Sequence record: SRR22947727_2435
Length of the DNA: 20,933 bases
Reading direction: 5' to 3' (one strand)
The position numbers and the translations under genes were made by a program. Below are positions 9,539 to 18,950 of the stretch, piece by piece. The notes below the pieces were generated by a model. It saw only the letters and a list, made by a program, of their open reading frames with translations, was not told the DNA's origin and searched no databases. Position 1 is the stretch's first letter; each line of letters starts with the position of its first letter.

Positions 9539-11017
9539 CTATGGGATTACAACAGTTTTCGCAACCTTGGGCGTCGGCAGAGTCACCGTGAAAGCGGTTT
9601 TCCCAGGTTTTGACGTGAGCGTCACTTCTCCTCCGTGCGCTTTCACAATCGTGTCCACAATGGAGAGTCCAAGCCCCGTGCTACCTGACGACCTGGCTCG
9701 GGAAGAATCCCCTCTAGCAAAGCGCTCAAAGAGTTTCTTACGCGCGTCTCGTGGGATGCCAGGGCCAGTGTCTTCCACCTGCAACGCCGTCTTGTCTGCT
9801 GTCTGCTTCACCCGAACCTCAACCGAGGTGCCCGGGGGAGTGTGGACGCGAGCATTAGCGAGCAGGTTCACCACCACTTGGTGAATGGCTGAGCCATCTC
9901 CGGTAATGACGACAGGCTCCTCAATCCCCTCCGCAGCCCATTCATGTTCAGGGCTCGTGACATAAGCATCAGAGAGGGCATCTCGCACAATCTGGGCAAG
10001 ATCGACGGATTCCATCTCCAGGGTGTGACCTTCGTCAAATCGAGCGAGGAGAAGAAGGTCCTCTACCAGGGACGTCATCCGAATCGATTCGGACTCAATG
10101 CGATCCAACGCCTGTTTCATATCGCTCGAGAGCTTCTCACCCCCGCGTTTTGTCAACTCCGCATACCCGCGAATACTGGCAAGAGGTGTCCGCAGTTCGT
10201 GGGAGGCATCCGCGACAAACTGGCGCATCTTCTCTTCGCTCTCAAAACGAGACTGAAATGCCTCATCGACGTGATCGAGCATGAGGTTGAGGGCGGCGCC
10301 CACCTGACCCACTTCGCTCTCGGTATCTGCGTATTGAGGGGGAACACGGAGCGCCAGTCGCACATCACCTCGGTCAAGGGGTTGCTTGGTGACCGCAGAA
10401 GCAGTCTCGGTGATGCGGTCCAGTGGTTTCAATGCGTATCGAACGAGCAGTGCTCCGATACTCGCGGCAACCATCACCACAATGGCCACCACAGCGATGA
10501 TGATGATGTTCAACCTGGCAATCGTGACCCGAATTTCCTGGAGGGGAAGGCCCACCACAATTTTGGCGCCCTCAATGGTGGCAACGAGCAAGGTTCGATA
10601 TTCACCCCGCCCATCGAGAAGTCGCACGATTTCCGGTTCGCCGGGGACCCATTCGACGGACGCGAGGTTGCCCACTTGGTGAGACTCGAGAGCTCGCAGG
10701 TTTCCATCGGCGTCAATGTATGCGCCGGAGATCTCGTCGCCGGCAATAATTGCGACGACTGTCCCTACGTCAAACCCGGGCCGGTTGAGCTGACCCGCCC
10801 CTGGGCCCTCCAGACTCACGGCAAGACGTCGGGACGTGTCGACGAGTTCCTCATCCAACCGGTCCAGAAGCGCTCTTCCCACGGCGAGTGAGGCGGCGAT
10901 ACCAATCACGATGCTCGCCAGTGCCACCAGCGCCACACCACCGGCCACAAACTGTCGGCGGAGCGTCGTCGGTTTTGCTCGGAGTATTCCCGGGAGCGGG
11001 ATGGAGGAGGTGACCAC
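9539..11017 (-). CDS. Sensor histidine kinase (2 TM, HAMP, HisKA, HATPase; TcrY-like)
   Basis: FVADASHELRTPL H-box, NLLANARVH N-box, DTGPGI, FERFAR, GTGLGLSIV. Confidence 0.95.
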   Translation of the reverse strand: MVTSSIPLPGILRAKPTTLRRQFVAGGVALVALASIVIGIAASLAVGRALLDRLDEELVDTSRRLAVSLEGPGAGQLNRPGFDVGTVVAIIAGDEISGAYIDADGNLRALESHQVGNLASVEWVPGEPEIVRLLDGRGEYRTLLVATIEGAKIVVGLPLQEIRVTIARLNIIIIAVVAIVVMVAASIGALLVRYALKPLDRITETASAVTKQPLDRGDVRLALRVPPQYADTESEVGQVGAALNLMLDHVDEAFQSRFESEEKMRQFVADASHELRTPLASIRGYAELTKRGGEKLSSDMKQALDRIESESIRMTSLVEDLLLLARFDEGHTLEMESVDLAQIVRDALSDAYVTSPEHEWAAEGIEEPVVITGDGSAIHQVVVNLLANARVHTPPGTSVEVRVKQTADKTALQVEDTGPGIPRDARKKLFERFARGDSSRARSSGSTGLGLSIVDTIVKAHGGEVTLTSKPGKTAFTVTLPTPKVAKTVVIP

Positions 11018-11764
11018 TTAGTCGCCGGGTTTGATGATGTATCCCACACCGCGAACAGTGTGAATCAGAGGCGGCCCCAAAGTGTCAATCTTCTTCCGCA
11101 AGTAGGAAATGTAAATCTCGACAATGCTTGCTTTACCGCCAAAGTCGTAGTCCCACACACGATCCAAGATATTGGCTTTGGAGAGTACTCGCTTGGGGTT
11201 TCGCATCAGATACCGCAGAAGCTCAAATTCAGTGCTGGTCAGCTCGATCGGAACACCTGCCCGGTGAATCTCATAGCTGTCCTCATTCAACACAAGATCT
11301 CCCACACGGAGTTCGGCGTGCTCGTCCTCGGTCACTCCAGCTCCCGCACGACGAAGAATTCCGCGGAGCCTGGCAACGAGTTCCTCGAGGCTAAAGGGCT
11401 TTGTGACGTAGTCATCGCCTCCAGCAGTAAGCCCTGCAACACGGTCATCCACCGCATCCTTGGCGGTCAGAAACAGCACGGGGAGTCCCGCGTGAACACC
11501 GCGGAGGCTTTTCATGAGGGAGAGACCATCACCATCGGGGAGCATGATGTCCAACACGGCGATATCGGGAGCGAAAGTCTTGACGTGGTTCATCGCCTCG
11601 GCCACCGAGTGGGCGGTTTTGACGTCCCAGCCTTCGTAGCGGAGAGACATCCCTACTAAATCGGCAAGACTTTCTTCGTCGTCCACCACCAGAGCCCTCA
11701 TAGGTGACCCATCAGAGTGCGACAGCTTTTGAGAGGACTGCTCGATACCTGTGTAATCGTTCAT
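11018..11764 (-). CDS. OmpR/PhoB-family response regulator (TcrX-like)
   Basis: LVVDDE, LDIMLP, FLTAKD, DDYVTKPFS, winged helix ending IHTVRGVGY. Confidence 0.96.
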   Translation of the reverse strand: MNDYTGIEQSSQKLSHSDGSPMRALVVDDEESLADLVGMSLRYEGWDVKTAHSVAEAMNHVKTFAPDIAVLDIMLPDGDGLSLMKSLRGVHAGLPVLFLTAKDAVDDRVAGLTAGGDDYVTKPFSLEELVARLRGILRRAGAGVTEDEHAELRVGDLVLNEDSYEIHRAGVPIELTSTEFELLRYLMRNPKRVLSKANILDRVWDYDFGGKASIVEIYISYLRKKIDTLGPPLIHTVRGVGYIIKPGD

Positions 11765-11822
11765 GCTCCCTAGGGTCCCACCACTCTCTTGGTGTTTTCT
11801 ATGAGAAACCTATATGCGAGCT

Positions 11823-12347
11823 CTAGAGAACTTTTTCCCGGACAAAATCCTCTTCGAGGCTGGCGCCTACCTGGAATCTTCGTTCGCCGACCACCAGAAA
11901 CCCGTTTCGCTCATAAAAAGTGTTCGCACGCTCATTCTGTTGGTTGACCCCGAGCCAGACTGACTGTGCGCCCTCGGCCCGAGCATTCTCCACCGCAACA
12001 CTCATGAGCTGCTGCGCGATACCCGAGCCATGTGCGCTAGCTAGCACATAGATTTTCGATATCTCCACAGTCGGACGTGCCGATACAGCTTCGGCAATCA
12101 CCGGATCACCCGGCTCGCCGCTCACACTCATGACATATCCCCGGAGCTCGTCCTCGTGGCCCGCGAGCCAGATCCGAATCCGCGGATCAGCGAGGTATGC
12201 CTCGAATGACTCCGGAGATAACTTCGCAGTACAGAACTGGTCGATGTTCTCCTGCGTAGTGCCAGGAGGGCAGGCGAGCGGAAATGTCTCAATCGCGAGC
12301 GCAGAAACACGATGAGCATCAGCGGGCAGTGCCCGACTGATGCTCAT
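11823..12347 (-). CDS. GNAT-family N-acetyltransferase
   Basis: IYV...AHGSGIAQQLM acetyl-CoA motif, WLGVNQQNERANTFYERNGF. Start re-called to ATG 12347 because the 12398 start overlaps rplA. Confidence 0.9.
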   Translation of the reverse strand: MSISRALPADAHRVSALAIETFPLACPPGTTQENIDQFCTAKLSPESFEAYLADPRIRIWLAGHEDELRGYVMSVSGEPGDPVIAEAVSARPTVEISKIYVLASAHGSGIAQQLMSVAVENARAEGAQSVWLGVNQQNERANTFYERNGFLVVGERRFQVGASLEEDFVREKVL

Positions 12348-12360
12348 TGATGACACCGAT

Positions 12361-13050
12361 TTAGAGTGCGTTGACGTCCAGAGGGATACCAGGACCAAAG
12401 GTGGTCGACACGGCAGCCTTCTGGATGTAGCGACCCTTGGAAGCGGAAGGCTTCAGGCGCTGAATCTCTTCGAATGCGGCAGTGAAGTTCTCCAGCAGCT
12501 GGTCTTCGCTGAAGCTTGCCTTACCGATCACGAAGTGCATGTTGGCGTGCTTGTCGAGCTTGAACTCGATCTTTCCGCCCTTGATGTCTGCAACGGCCTT
12601 GCCGACGTCAGGGGTAACAGTTCCGGTCTTGGGGTTAGGCATGAGGCCACGAGGACCCAGGACCTTACCGAGAGTTCCGACTTTACCCATGAGCTCTGGT
12701 GTCGAGACAGCTGCGTCAAAGTTGGTGTAACCACCAGCAACCTTCTCAATCAGCTCATCGCCACCGACCTCATCCGCACCGGCTGCGAGAGCTGCCTCTG
12801 CTGCAGGGCCCGTCGCGAATACGAGGACGCGAGCGGTCTTACCGGTTCCGTGGGGGAGGCTAACGGTTCCACGAACCATCTGGTCAGCCTTGCGCTGGTC
12901 AACACCAAGCTTGATGGCCACCTCGACGGTGGAATCAAACTTCTGTGAGGTGGTCTTTTTCGCGAGAGATACTGCCTCGCTGGGTGCGTAGAAGTGGCCT
13001 TCTTGCACCAGGGCCTTGGCGGCCCGGTATGCCTTGGATTTTTGCGCCAT
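12361..13050 (-). CDS. rplA: 50S ribosomal protein L1
   Basis: [38 protein letters not shown]. Confidence 0.99.
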   Translation of the reverse strand: MAQKSKAYRAAKALVQEGHFYAPSEAVSLAKKTTSQKFDSTVEVAIKLGVDQRKADQMVRGTVSLPHGTGKTARVLVFATGPAAEAALAAGADEVGGDELIEKVAGGYTNFDAAVSTPELMGKVGTLGKVLGPRGLMPNPKTGTVTPDVGKAVADIKGGKIEFKLDKHANMHFVIGKASFSEDQLLENFTAAFEEIQRLKPSASKGRYIQKAAVSTTFGPGIPLDVNAL

Positions 13051-13074
13051 GTTTGTGTCTCCTGTACTGAGGTC

Positions 13075-13104
13075 GCGGTATGTGAGCGTGGCTCGCTCTC
13101 CCGC
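13075..13104 (-). promoter_or_regulatory. Putative L1-binding autoregulatory hairpin upstream of rplA
   Basis: Minus strand GCGG-GA-GAGCG-AGCCA-CGCTC-ACATA-CCGC: two stems around an asymmetric internal loop with GGGAG on the 5' side, just upstream of the AGGAG RBS. Confidence 0.5.
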
Positions 13105-13120
13105 TGAATGAAAAAGGGTG

Positions 13121-13543
13121 TTAGCCGACGGTGATGCCCATGCTGCGGGCAGTACCTTCGATGATCTTGGCGGCAGCCTCGATGTCGTTGGCGTTCAGGT
13201 CAGACTGCTTTTGCTCAGCAATCTGGCGGACCTGTTCGGGGGTGATGTTGGCCACCTTGTCAGTGTGAGGGGTTCCTGAACCCTTCTTGACACCGGCAGC
13301 TTTCTTGATGAGCTCTGCAGCGGGAGGGGTCTTCAGTACGAAGGTGAAGGACCGGTCCTCGTACACAGAGATCTCGACGGGAATAACGTTTCCGCGCTGA
13401 TCCTGCGTTGCCTGGTTGTATGCGTTGCAGAACTCCATGATGTTCACACCGTGCTGACCAAGGGCCGGACCCACGGGGGGTGCCGGGTTGGCAGCGCCAG
13501 CCTGAATCTGGAGCTTAATGAGGCCCACAACTTTCTTTGCCAT
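13121..13543 (-). CDS. rplK: 50S ribosomal protein L11
   Basis: [39 protein letters not shown]. Confidence 0.99.
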   Translation of the reverse strand: MAKKVVGLIKLQIQAGAANPAPPVGPALGQHGVNIMEFCNAYNQATQDQRGNVIPVEISVYEDRSFTFVLKTPPAAELIKKAAGVKKGSGTPHTDKVANITPEQVRQIAEQKQSDLNANDIEAAAKIIEGTARSMGITVG

Positions 13544-13625
13544 TGCTTTTCCTTTTCTTTATCGAGCACGACGCTCCGCCGTGCGCTCCCACGTTCGTGG
13601 CATATCCACGCCGTGGTACCTGTGT

Positions 13626-14570
13626 TTAGAGCTTGGTGACCTGGTCGAATCCGAGTTCGACAGGGGTCTCACGTTCGAACAACGAAACAAGCACCGTGAG
13701 CTTACCGCTTTCGGGCTTGATTTCGCTAATGGTTCCGGGAAGCCCCGCGAAGGAACCTTCCTTGATGGTGATGGTTTCTCCCACCTCGAAGTCAACCTCG
13801 GCAGGAAGCATGCGGGAGACGCCACCACCCACGCTGACTGCTTGACCCTTGATGGGTGCAGCCTCAGCGACCTGGACGGTGGACTTCAACATCTCGAAGG
13901 CTTCCTCGAAACGCAGCGGGGTCGGGTTGTGGGCGTTCCCCACGAAGCCCGTCACACCGGGGGTGTGGCGAACAGTCGACCAGCTATCTTCGTTGAGGTC
14001 CATGCGCACTAAAACGTAGCTGGGGATGCGAACGCGAGTCACAAGCTTTCGCTGACCATTCTTGATCTCGACAACGTCTTCCATCGGAACCTGGACTTCG
14101 AAGATGTATTCCTCCATGGCCAGAGAGGTCCGACGGTTTTCGATGTTGGACTTCACGCGCTTTTCAAAACCGGCGTAGGAGTGGACGACGTACCACTTGC
14201 CAGGCTTGCGACGAAGCTCACGACGGAAGTCGGCGTAGGGGTCTTCCGCCTCTGCTGCCTCATCGTGATCAGCGGTGTCTGCTTCGTCATCGGTTGCTTC
14301 CGCAGCGGCGTCCGCTTCTTCAAGAGAATCAATGTCAAGGGCATCCTCAACAACAGCGTCAGCCTCTTCATCCGAAGAACTCTCGAGAGCCTCGAGGGCT
14401 TCGTCCACGTTCACGCTCTCGTCATCGACGATGTGCATGGCCTCGTGCTCTGCAGAGTCAGAGGAGTGCTCCTGCTGCTCCAGGACCAAGCCCTCCTGCG
14501 CTTCATCCTCTTCGGAGGACTGCTCCGCGGCGGTTGCCACATCGATGTCGTAGCTCTTGTCTTCTGACAC
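13626..14570 (-). CDS. nusG: Transcription factor NusG with a long acidic N-terminal extension
   Basis: [26 protein letters not shown] domain ending [14 protein letters not shown]. Confidence 0.97.
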   Translation of the reverse strand: MSEDKSYDIDVATAAEQSSEEDEAQEGLVLEQQEHSSDSAEHEAMHIVDDESVNVDEALEALESSSDEEADAVVEDALDIDSLEEADAAAEATDDEADTADHDEAAEAEDPYADFRRELRRKPGKWYVVHSYAGFEKRVKSNIENRRTSLAMEEYIFEVQVPMEDVVEIKNGQRKLVTRVRIPSYVLVRMDLNEDSWSTVRHTPGVTGFVGNAHNPTPLRFEEAFEMLKSTVQVAEAAPIKGQAVSVGGGVSRMLPAEVDFEVGETITIKEGSFAGLPGTISEIKPESGKLTVLVSLFERETPVELGFDQVTKL

Positions 14571-14597
14571 TGTTTTTCTCTCTTTTCTCTTGAAGGC

Positions 14598-14882
14598 TTA
14601 GCCGAAGAGGCTTCTGCCATCACCAAAAATCCAGGAGACACCCCATCCAAAGAAGATGTCCAAGACCGACACAAACGCCATCATGATGATGACGAAGACC
14701 AAGACCACCAGCGTGTAGTTGATGAGCTCACTACGGGTAGGGGTGACAACCTTGCCCAGCTCATCAATGACCTGGCGGATGAACAAGACGAAGCGGGCCC
14801 AGGCACTCTTACGAGATTCGCGATCACGCTTCGCCTTGCCGACGAGGTCGTCGCCCGCTTCTTCTGATGACGTTGTCGCCAC
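14598..14882 (-). CDS. secE: Preprotein translocase subunit SecE
   Basis: FIRQVIDELGKVVTPTRSEL plus one TM helix; located between tRNA-Trp and nusG. Confidence 0.96.
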   Translation of the reverse strand: MATTSSEEAGDDLVGKAKRDRESRKSAWARFVLFIRQVIDELGKVVTPTRSELINYTLVVLVFVIIMMAFVSVLDIFFGWGVSWIFGDGRSLFG

Positions 14883-14935
14883 GATGTTCCTTACGTTGTT
14901 GTGTGGTCACTCCCCGTTACGGCGTAACGAGTTCG

Positions 14936-15008
14936 CAGGGCGGACAGGACTCGAACCTGCAACCTGCGGTTTTGGAGACCGCTGCTCTACCAATTGAGCC
15001 ACCGCCCT
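14936..15008 (-). tRNA. tRNA-Trp(CCA)
   Basis: AGGGCGG...GCGGT-CTCCAAA-ACCGC...GGTTCGAGTCC...CCGCCCTG; canonical position before secE. Confidence 0.98.
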
Positions 15009-15129
15009 AGGGCGTGAAATCCAAGCTTGTAGGCACAGCAAAGCTTGGCAGATTTCAACCACCGAGCTCCAGTGTAGGTGGCGTCTCCTGGTTTAGCAAA
15101 GGCGCTAGCTCCCACTCACCCAGGCTGTG

Positions 15130-15135
15130 TACCCT
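15130..15135 (+). promoter_or_regulatory. Putative -10 (TACCCT) 6 nt upstream of GTG 15142; leaderless
   Basis: TANNNT-N6-GTG geometry. Confidence 0.55.
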
Positions 15136-15141
15136 ACAAGG

Positions 15142-16356
15142 GTGAGCGAAGCACCCCGCGGTTTATCCAAGCGAATCACGTCCATCGCTGAGTCAGCCAC
15201 CCTCAAAGTCGACGCCAAAGCCAAAGCACTCAAAGCAGAGGGCCGACCCGTCATCAGCTTTGCTGCGGGCGAACCCGATTTCCCCACACCCGCCCACGTC
15301 GTCGAAGCGGCTCTTGCGGCAGTGAAAGACCCCGCCAACCACCGCTACACCCCTGCATCTGGACTCCCTGCACTTCGCGAAGCCATCGCGGAGAAGACAC
15401 TGCGCGATAGTGGCTGGGCAGTGTCGCCGGGCCAGATTGTCGTCACCAACGGCGGAAAGCAAGCCGTCTACCAAGCGTGCGCAACGCTTCTGGACCCAGG
15501 CGATGAAATGCTCCTGCCCGCTCCCTACTGGACCACCTACCCCGAAGCCATCACCCTGGCTGGAGGAACGCCGGTCGTTGTCTTTGCTGGAGCTGACCAG
15601 GACTACAAAGTCACCGTCGAACAGCTGGAGGCCGCTCGCACACCGAAGACCAAAGCATTGATGTTCGTCTCACCCTCAAACCCAACCGGCGCGGTGATGA
15701 CTCTGGAAGAGACCCGTGCAATTGGTGAGTGGGCGGCAGAACATGGCATTTGGGTTATCGCGGATGAGATTTATCAGAACCTGGTCTATGAGGGCGGAGT
15801 GGACCACGCAGTGTCGATTGCGGAGGCAGCCCCTGCTGTTCAAGACCGATGCATTCTGGTGAACGGAGTTGCCAAAACCTATGCCATGACCGGGTGGCGT
15901 CTGGGATGGATGGTGGGACCCCAGGACGCGATCACCGCTGCGGCCAACCTCCAGTCACACCTCTCCAGCAACGTCTCCAATATTTCGCAACTGGCTGGTC
16001 TTGCAGCCCTCCAAGGGGACCAAGATCCCGCCAAGGCCATGAGGGACGCGTTCGACATCCGTCGGAAAGTCATCGTCGAGGGCTTGAATGCCATCGACGG
16101 GATTATCTGCCCTGAACCTACCGGCGCTTTCTATGTCTACCCCGATGTGACCGGTCTACTGGGTCGCGAGTGGGCCGGAAAAACTCCGACCACCAGCCTC
16201 GAGCTTGCCGACCTCATCTTGGATGAGTGCGAGGTGGCAGCAGTCCCCGGTGAAGCTTTCGGGCCCAGTGGTTACCTGAGATTCAGCTACGCGCTGGGAG
16301 ACGCTGACCTTGCTTCAGGGCTGAAACGTTTACAAAAATTTTTCTCAGTCCGCTAA
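15142..16356 (+). CDS. PLP-dependent aminotransferase class I/II (aspartate aminotransferase)
   Basis: [40 protein letters not shown] (PLP lysine), LRFSYA. Start re-called to GTG 15142. Confidence 0.94.
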   Translation: MSEAPRGLSKRITSIAESATLKVDAKAKALKAEGRPVISFAAGEPDFPTPAHVVEAALAAVKDPANHRYTPASGLPALREAIAEKTLRDSGWAVSPGQIVVTNGGKQAVYQACATLLDPGDEMLLPAPYWTTYPEAITLAGGTPVVVFAGADQDYKVTVEQLEAARTPKTKALMFVSPSNPTGAVMTLEETRAIGEWAAEHGIWVIADEIYQNLVYEGGVDHAVSIAEAAPAVQDRCILVNGVAKTYAMTGWRLGWMVGPQDAITAAANLQSHLSSNVSNISQLAGLAALQGDQDPAKAMRDAFDIRRKVIVEGLNAIDGIICPEPTGAFYVYPDVTGLLGREWAGKTPTTSLELADLILDECEVAAVPGEAFGPSGYLRFSYALGDADLASGLKRLQKFFSVR

Positions 16357-16469
16357 GCAAAGAAGGTGAGAAGCTCCAGATTATCCTCGGTCCTTGACGG
16401 TGAATGCTTGCCGATTTTCCGGAATACGTTCGAAAATTGGACTCTAACAGAATGATGTTGGGGACTTCA

Positions 16470-17315
16470 ATGGCTCGGAAAACTCAGATTAACCTCGTTG
16501 GGGGATTAGGGAACCAACTATTTGGCTATATGGCCGGAAAATATCTTGAAGAAATTTGTGGGCATCGTGTGGTCTTCAACACTTGGCACATATCTCGAGG
16601 ACTCACGGACCATGGGGTCAGCCTCGAAGGTCGAGGGTTGCCCGGAAACTTCATCTCAAAACCTCCGCCCCCTCGGTGGGCCAGGTTAACTCAAAGGCCC
16701 TATAGATCAAAGGACTTGGGCTGGGACCCTAACCTTCAAATGCTCAGAAGAGGCAGAGTAGTGGAAGGCCATTTCCAGACGTGGAAGTACCGTAACGCGT
16801 TGGAAAAAGTCGTCCCCTCGCACCGGGAAGTTCTCTTGCGAGGTAGTCAATCATCCTGGCTGTCGCATCTTCTGGAGCTAGCCCAAAATAAGAAACCCGT
16901 GATCGTTCATTTCCGCAGAGGGGACTACAAGAAAGTACCGGAGGCGATGGGCCTGCTCGGAAAGTACTACTACCGGAAAGCACTCAACGCTCTACCTGAC
17001 GGTCTCCGAAGCTCTCCGGTCTGGATTTTCTCGGATGAGCCCAAACTCGCGAGAGAGTTTTTCGCAGATTTCACCACTGAGTTACTTTTCATAGATCCTC
17101 CCAAAGACAATGACCCCGGAGAAAGTCTTTTCCTTATGTCCCAGGGTCACGGACACGTGATTTCAAACTCCACTTTTGCGTGGTGGGGGGCCGCCTTGAG
17201 TGAAACTTCAAGTTTTGTCATGGCGCCGTCGCCCTGGCTTCGGGGCTACGAAACTCCGCGCGATTTTTTTCCTGAAGGCTGGATCCTCGTGGAACATGAA
17301 TGGGGCTCAGACTGA
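16470..17315 (+). CDS. Glycosyltransferase family 11 (alpha-1,2-fucosyltransferase-like)
   Basis: GGLGNQLF, GHFQ, HFRRGDY, IFSDE, ISNSTFAWWGA motifs. Start uncertain (16404, 16452 or 16470). Confidence 0.9.
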   Translation: MARKTQINLVGGLGNQLFGYMAGKYLEEICGHRVVFNTWHISRGLTDHGVSLEGRGLPGNFISKPPPPRWARLTQRPYRSKDLGWDPNLQMLRRGRVVEGHFQTWKYRNALEKVVPSHREVLLRGSQSSWLSHLLELAQNKKPVIVHFRRGDYKKVPEAMGLLGKYYYRKALNALPDGLRSSPVWIFSDEPKLAREFFADFTTELLFIDPPKDNDPGESLFLMSQGHGHVISNSTFAWWGAALSETSSFVMAPSPWLRGYETPRDFFPEGWILVEHEWGSD

Positions 17316-17422
17316 ATTGGTCTGGAGACAAGGCCAAGAGTGGCGCACAAAAATTTCTCCACGTGACAATTTCAAGAAACCCGGACTCGTTGGATGATAG
17401 CCGACTGCGAGCACACCGGAAC

Positions 17423-18523
17423 TTAGACCTCAATCCCCACGAGCGTGGGCTCAGGCACAAGATAGATGCCAGTCTTGTTCCCCACGGTGGTGACGATGTA
17501 TCGGGCGAGCTCGACGATCTCCGCTGAAGTTGCCCCTCCACGATTCGTAATCGCCAAAGAGTGCTTCCCGGAGATTGCCGCTTTCGATTCTGGTAGCGCA
17601 AACCCTTTGTGAATTCCGGAGTACTCGATAAGCCAGGCGGCACTGACCTTGACCAGCCCAGGTTCAGCAAAACTTGGCTCCCGAGGTGGCTTCGCATCGA
17701 GGGGAACAACGACATCCCCTGGTTGCTCCCCCACAAACCAACGGGGAGCATCGCTCGGGAGTGACATTGAGATCTTCTCCGACACAATCGGGTTCACGAA
17801 GAAGGAGCCCGAACTCACGGAGTCCGGATCTTTATCGTCGAGAAGCATTCCTTTAGAGGAGCGGATGGCTCGAACGGTCTCGCTCGTTCTCGCCAGAGGA
17901 GCCCGCTCACCAGAGGCAACACCCATGGCATCCGCCAATTGGTCATACAGAATCGGGATGCTTAAAGAGTCTTCTGCAGGCTCGAGGGAGAAGGTAACTC
18001 CCAACACAATCCCTCGCAGCGTGCCCGTCTTGAGTACACTGGTGCGAAGCCCTAGTTCCAGTTCATCAGCCGGAATGGTCCTTCTGGAGCCCGACGGGAA
18101 CTCGAGAAAATCGATGGAGACCAAAGTGTCAGAAATCTCAGCTCCGTAGGCTCCGATGTTCTGAATCACCGAGGCCCCAACGGTGCCAGGTATCCCACTC
18201 AAGGTTTCTAGCCCTCGAACTCCTTGGGCGAGCGTGTGAGACACAAAGTCATCCCAGTCTTCACCCGCTTCCGCATGAATCTGAACCCGCTGCCCTGTTG
18301 CTTTCTTGACGGTGACGCCACGGGTCTTGATTTGGAGAACGTGACCATCAAACCCAGCATCACTCACGACCAGGTTGGATCCAGAACCCAAAGCCATCCA
18401 CTCATCCGTCTCAGCCCAGATCTTCTTCGCTCCAGAGATCAACGCCCGTGTCGACGAGAAGGAGTGATAGCGACCCAGGGGACCGCCGACCCTCATGGTG
18501 GTCAGTTCAGAAAAACTGGTCAC
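17423..18523 (-). CDS. murB: UDP-N-acetylmuramate dehydrogenase
   Basis: TTMRVGG, LGSGSNLVVSD, GIPGTVGA..QNIGAYG, SGSFFVNP, KHSLAITNRG, LVPEP; GTGA overlap with the upstream gene. Confidence 0.96.
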   Translation of the reverse strand: MTSFSELTTMRVGGPLGRYHSFSSTRALISGAKKIWAETDEWMALGSGSNLVVSDAGFDGHVLQIKTRGVTVKKATGQRVQIHAEAGEDWDDFVSHTLAQGVRGLETLSGIPGTVGASVIQNIGAYGAEISDTLVSIDFLEFPSGSRRTIPADELELGLRTSVLKTGTLRGIVLGVTFSLEPAEDSLSIPILYDQLADAMGVASGERAPLARTSETVRAIRSSKGMLLDDKDPDSVSSGSFFVNPIVSEKISMSLPSDAPRWFVGEQPGDVVVPLDAKPPREPSFAEPGLVKVSAAWLIEYSGIHKGFALPESKAAISGKHSLAITNRGGATSAEIVELARYIVTTVGNKTGIYLVPEPTLVGIEV

Positions 18524-18948
18524 CGAGGTGACACCACCACAAAGGCTTTGCCCAGCACTGTCGTGCCGTCTTGGGTAGTGACAGAAAGCGCAAGCGTTGC
18601 CGATCCCGCTGTGGGCTCATCAACCTTTGCGAGTGACACAGACACAGCGACAGTGACGCCGCCATCGGCGGGCACATATACCGGTTTGGTGAAGCGAACC
18701 TGGTAACTGGAGACAAATCCTCGGTCCCCCAGCCACGCGGTGACAGGGGCAACGGCGAGGCCCATCGTCAGCATTCCGTGAGCGAGGACTCCCTCCAGCC
18801 CGACCGACTTCGCAACATCGTCACGATAGTGAATCGGGTTGAAGTCTCCAGACGCTCCGGCGTATCGGACCAAAGAGTCTCGGGACAACTCCACAGAGTC
18901 CTCGACGAGGACGTCACCGATATCGCGCCCTTCCCACAGTGTCGACAT
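18520..18948 (-). CDS. MaoC-like hotdog dehydratase (HadB-like)
   Basis: LVRYAGASGDFNPIH...AHGMLTM, RFTKPV. Confidence 0.92.
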   Translation of the reverse strand: MSTLWEGRDIGDVLVEDSVELSRDSLVRYAGASGDFNPIHYRDDVAKSVGLEGVLAHGMLTMGLAVAPVTAWLGDRGFVSSYQVRFTKPVYVPADGGVTVAVSVSLAKVDEPTAGSATLALSVTTQDGTTVLGKAFVVVSPR

Positions 18949-18950
18949 CT

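Noticed and set aside
9944-10891. 315-aa plus-strand ORF and similar long antisense ORFs (7843..8664, 12340..12948, 2537..3073, 17218..17787)
   Set aside because: They overlap well-supported genes, have no recognisable motifs, and are expected in GC-rich DNA.
17376-17418. Imperfect hairpin between the convergent GT11 and murB genes
   Set aside because: Short, heavily interrupted stems; cannot be called a terminator.
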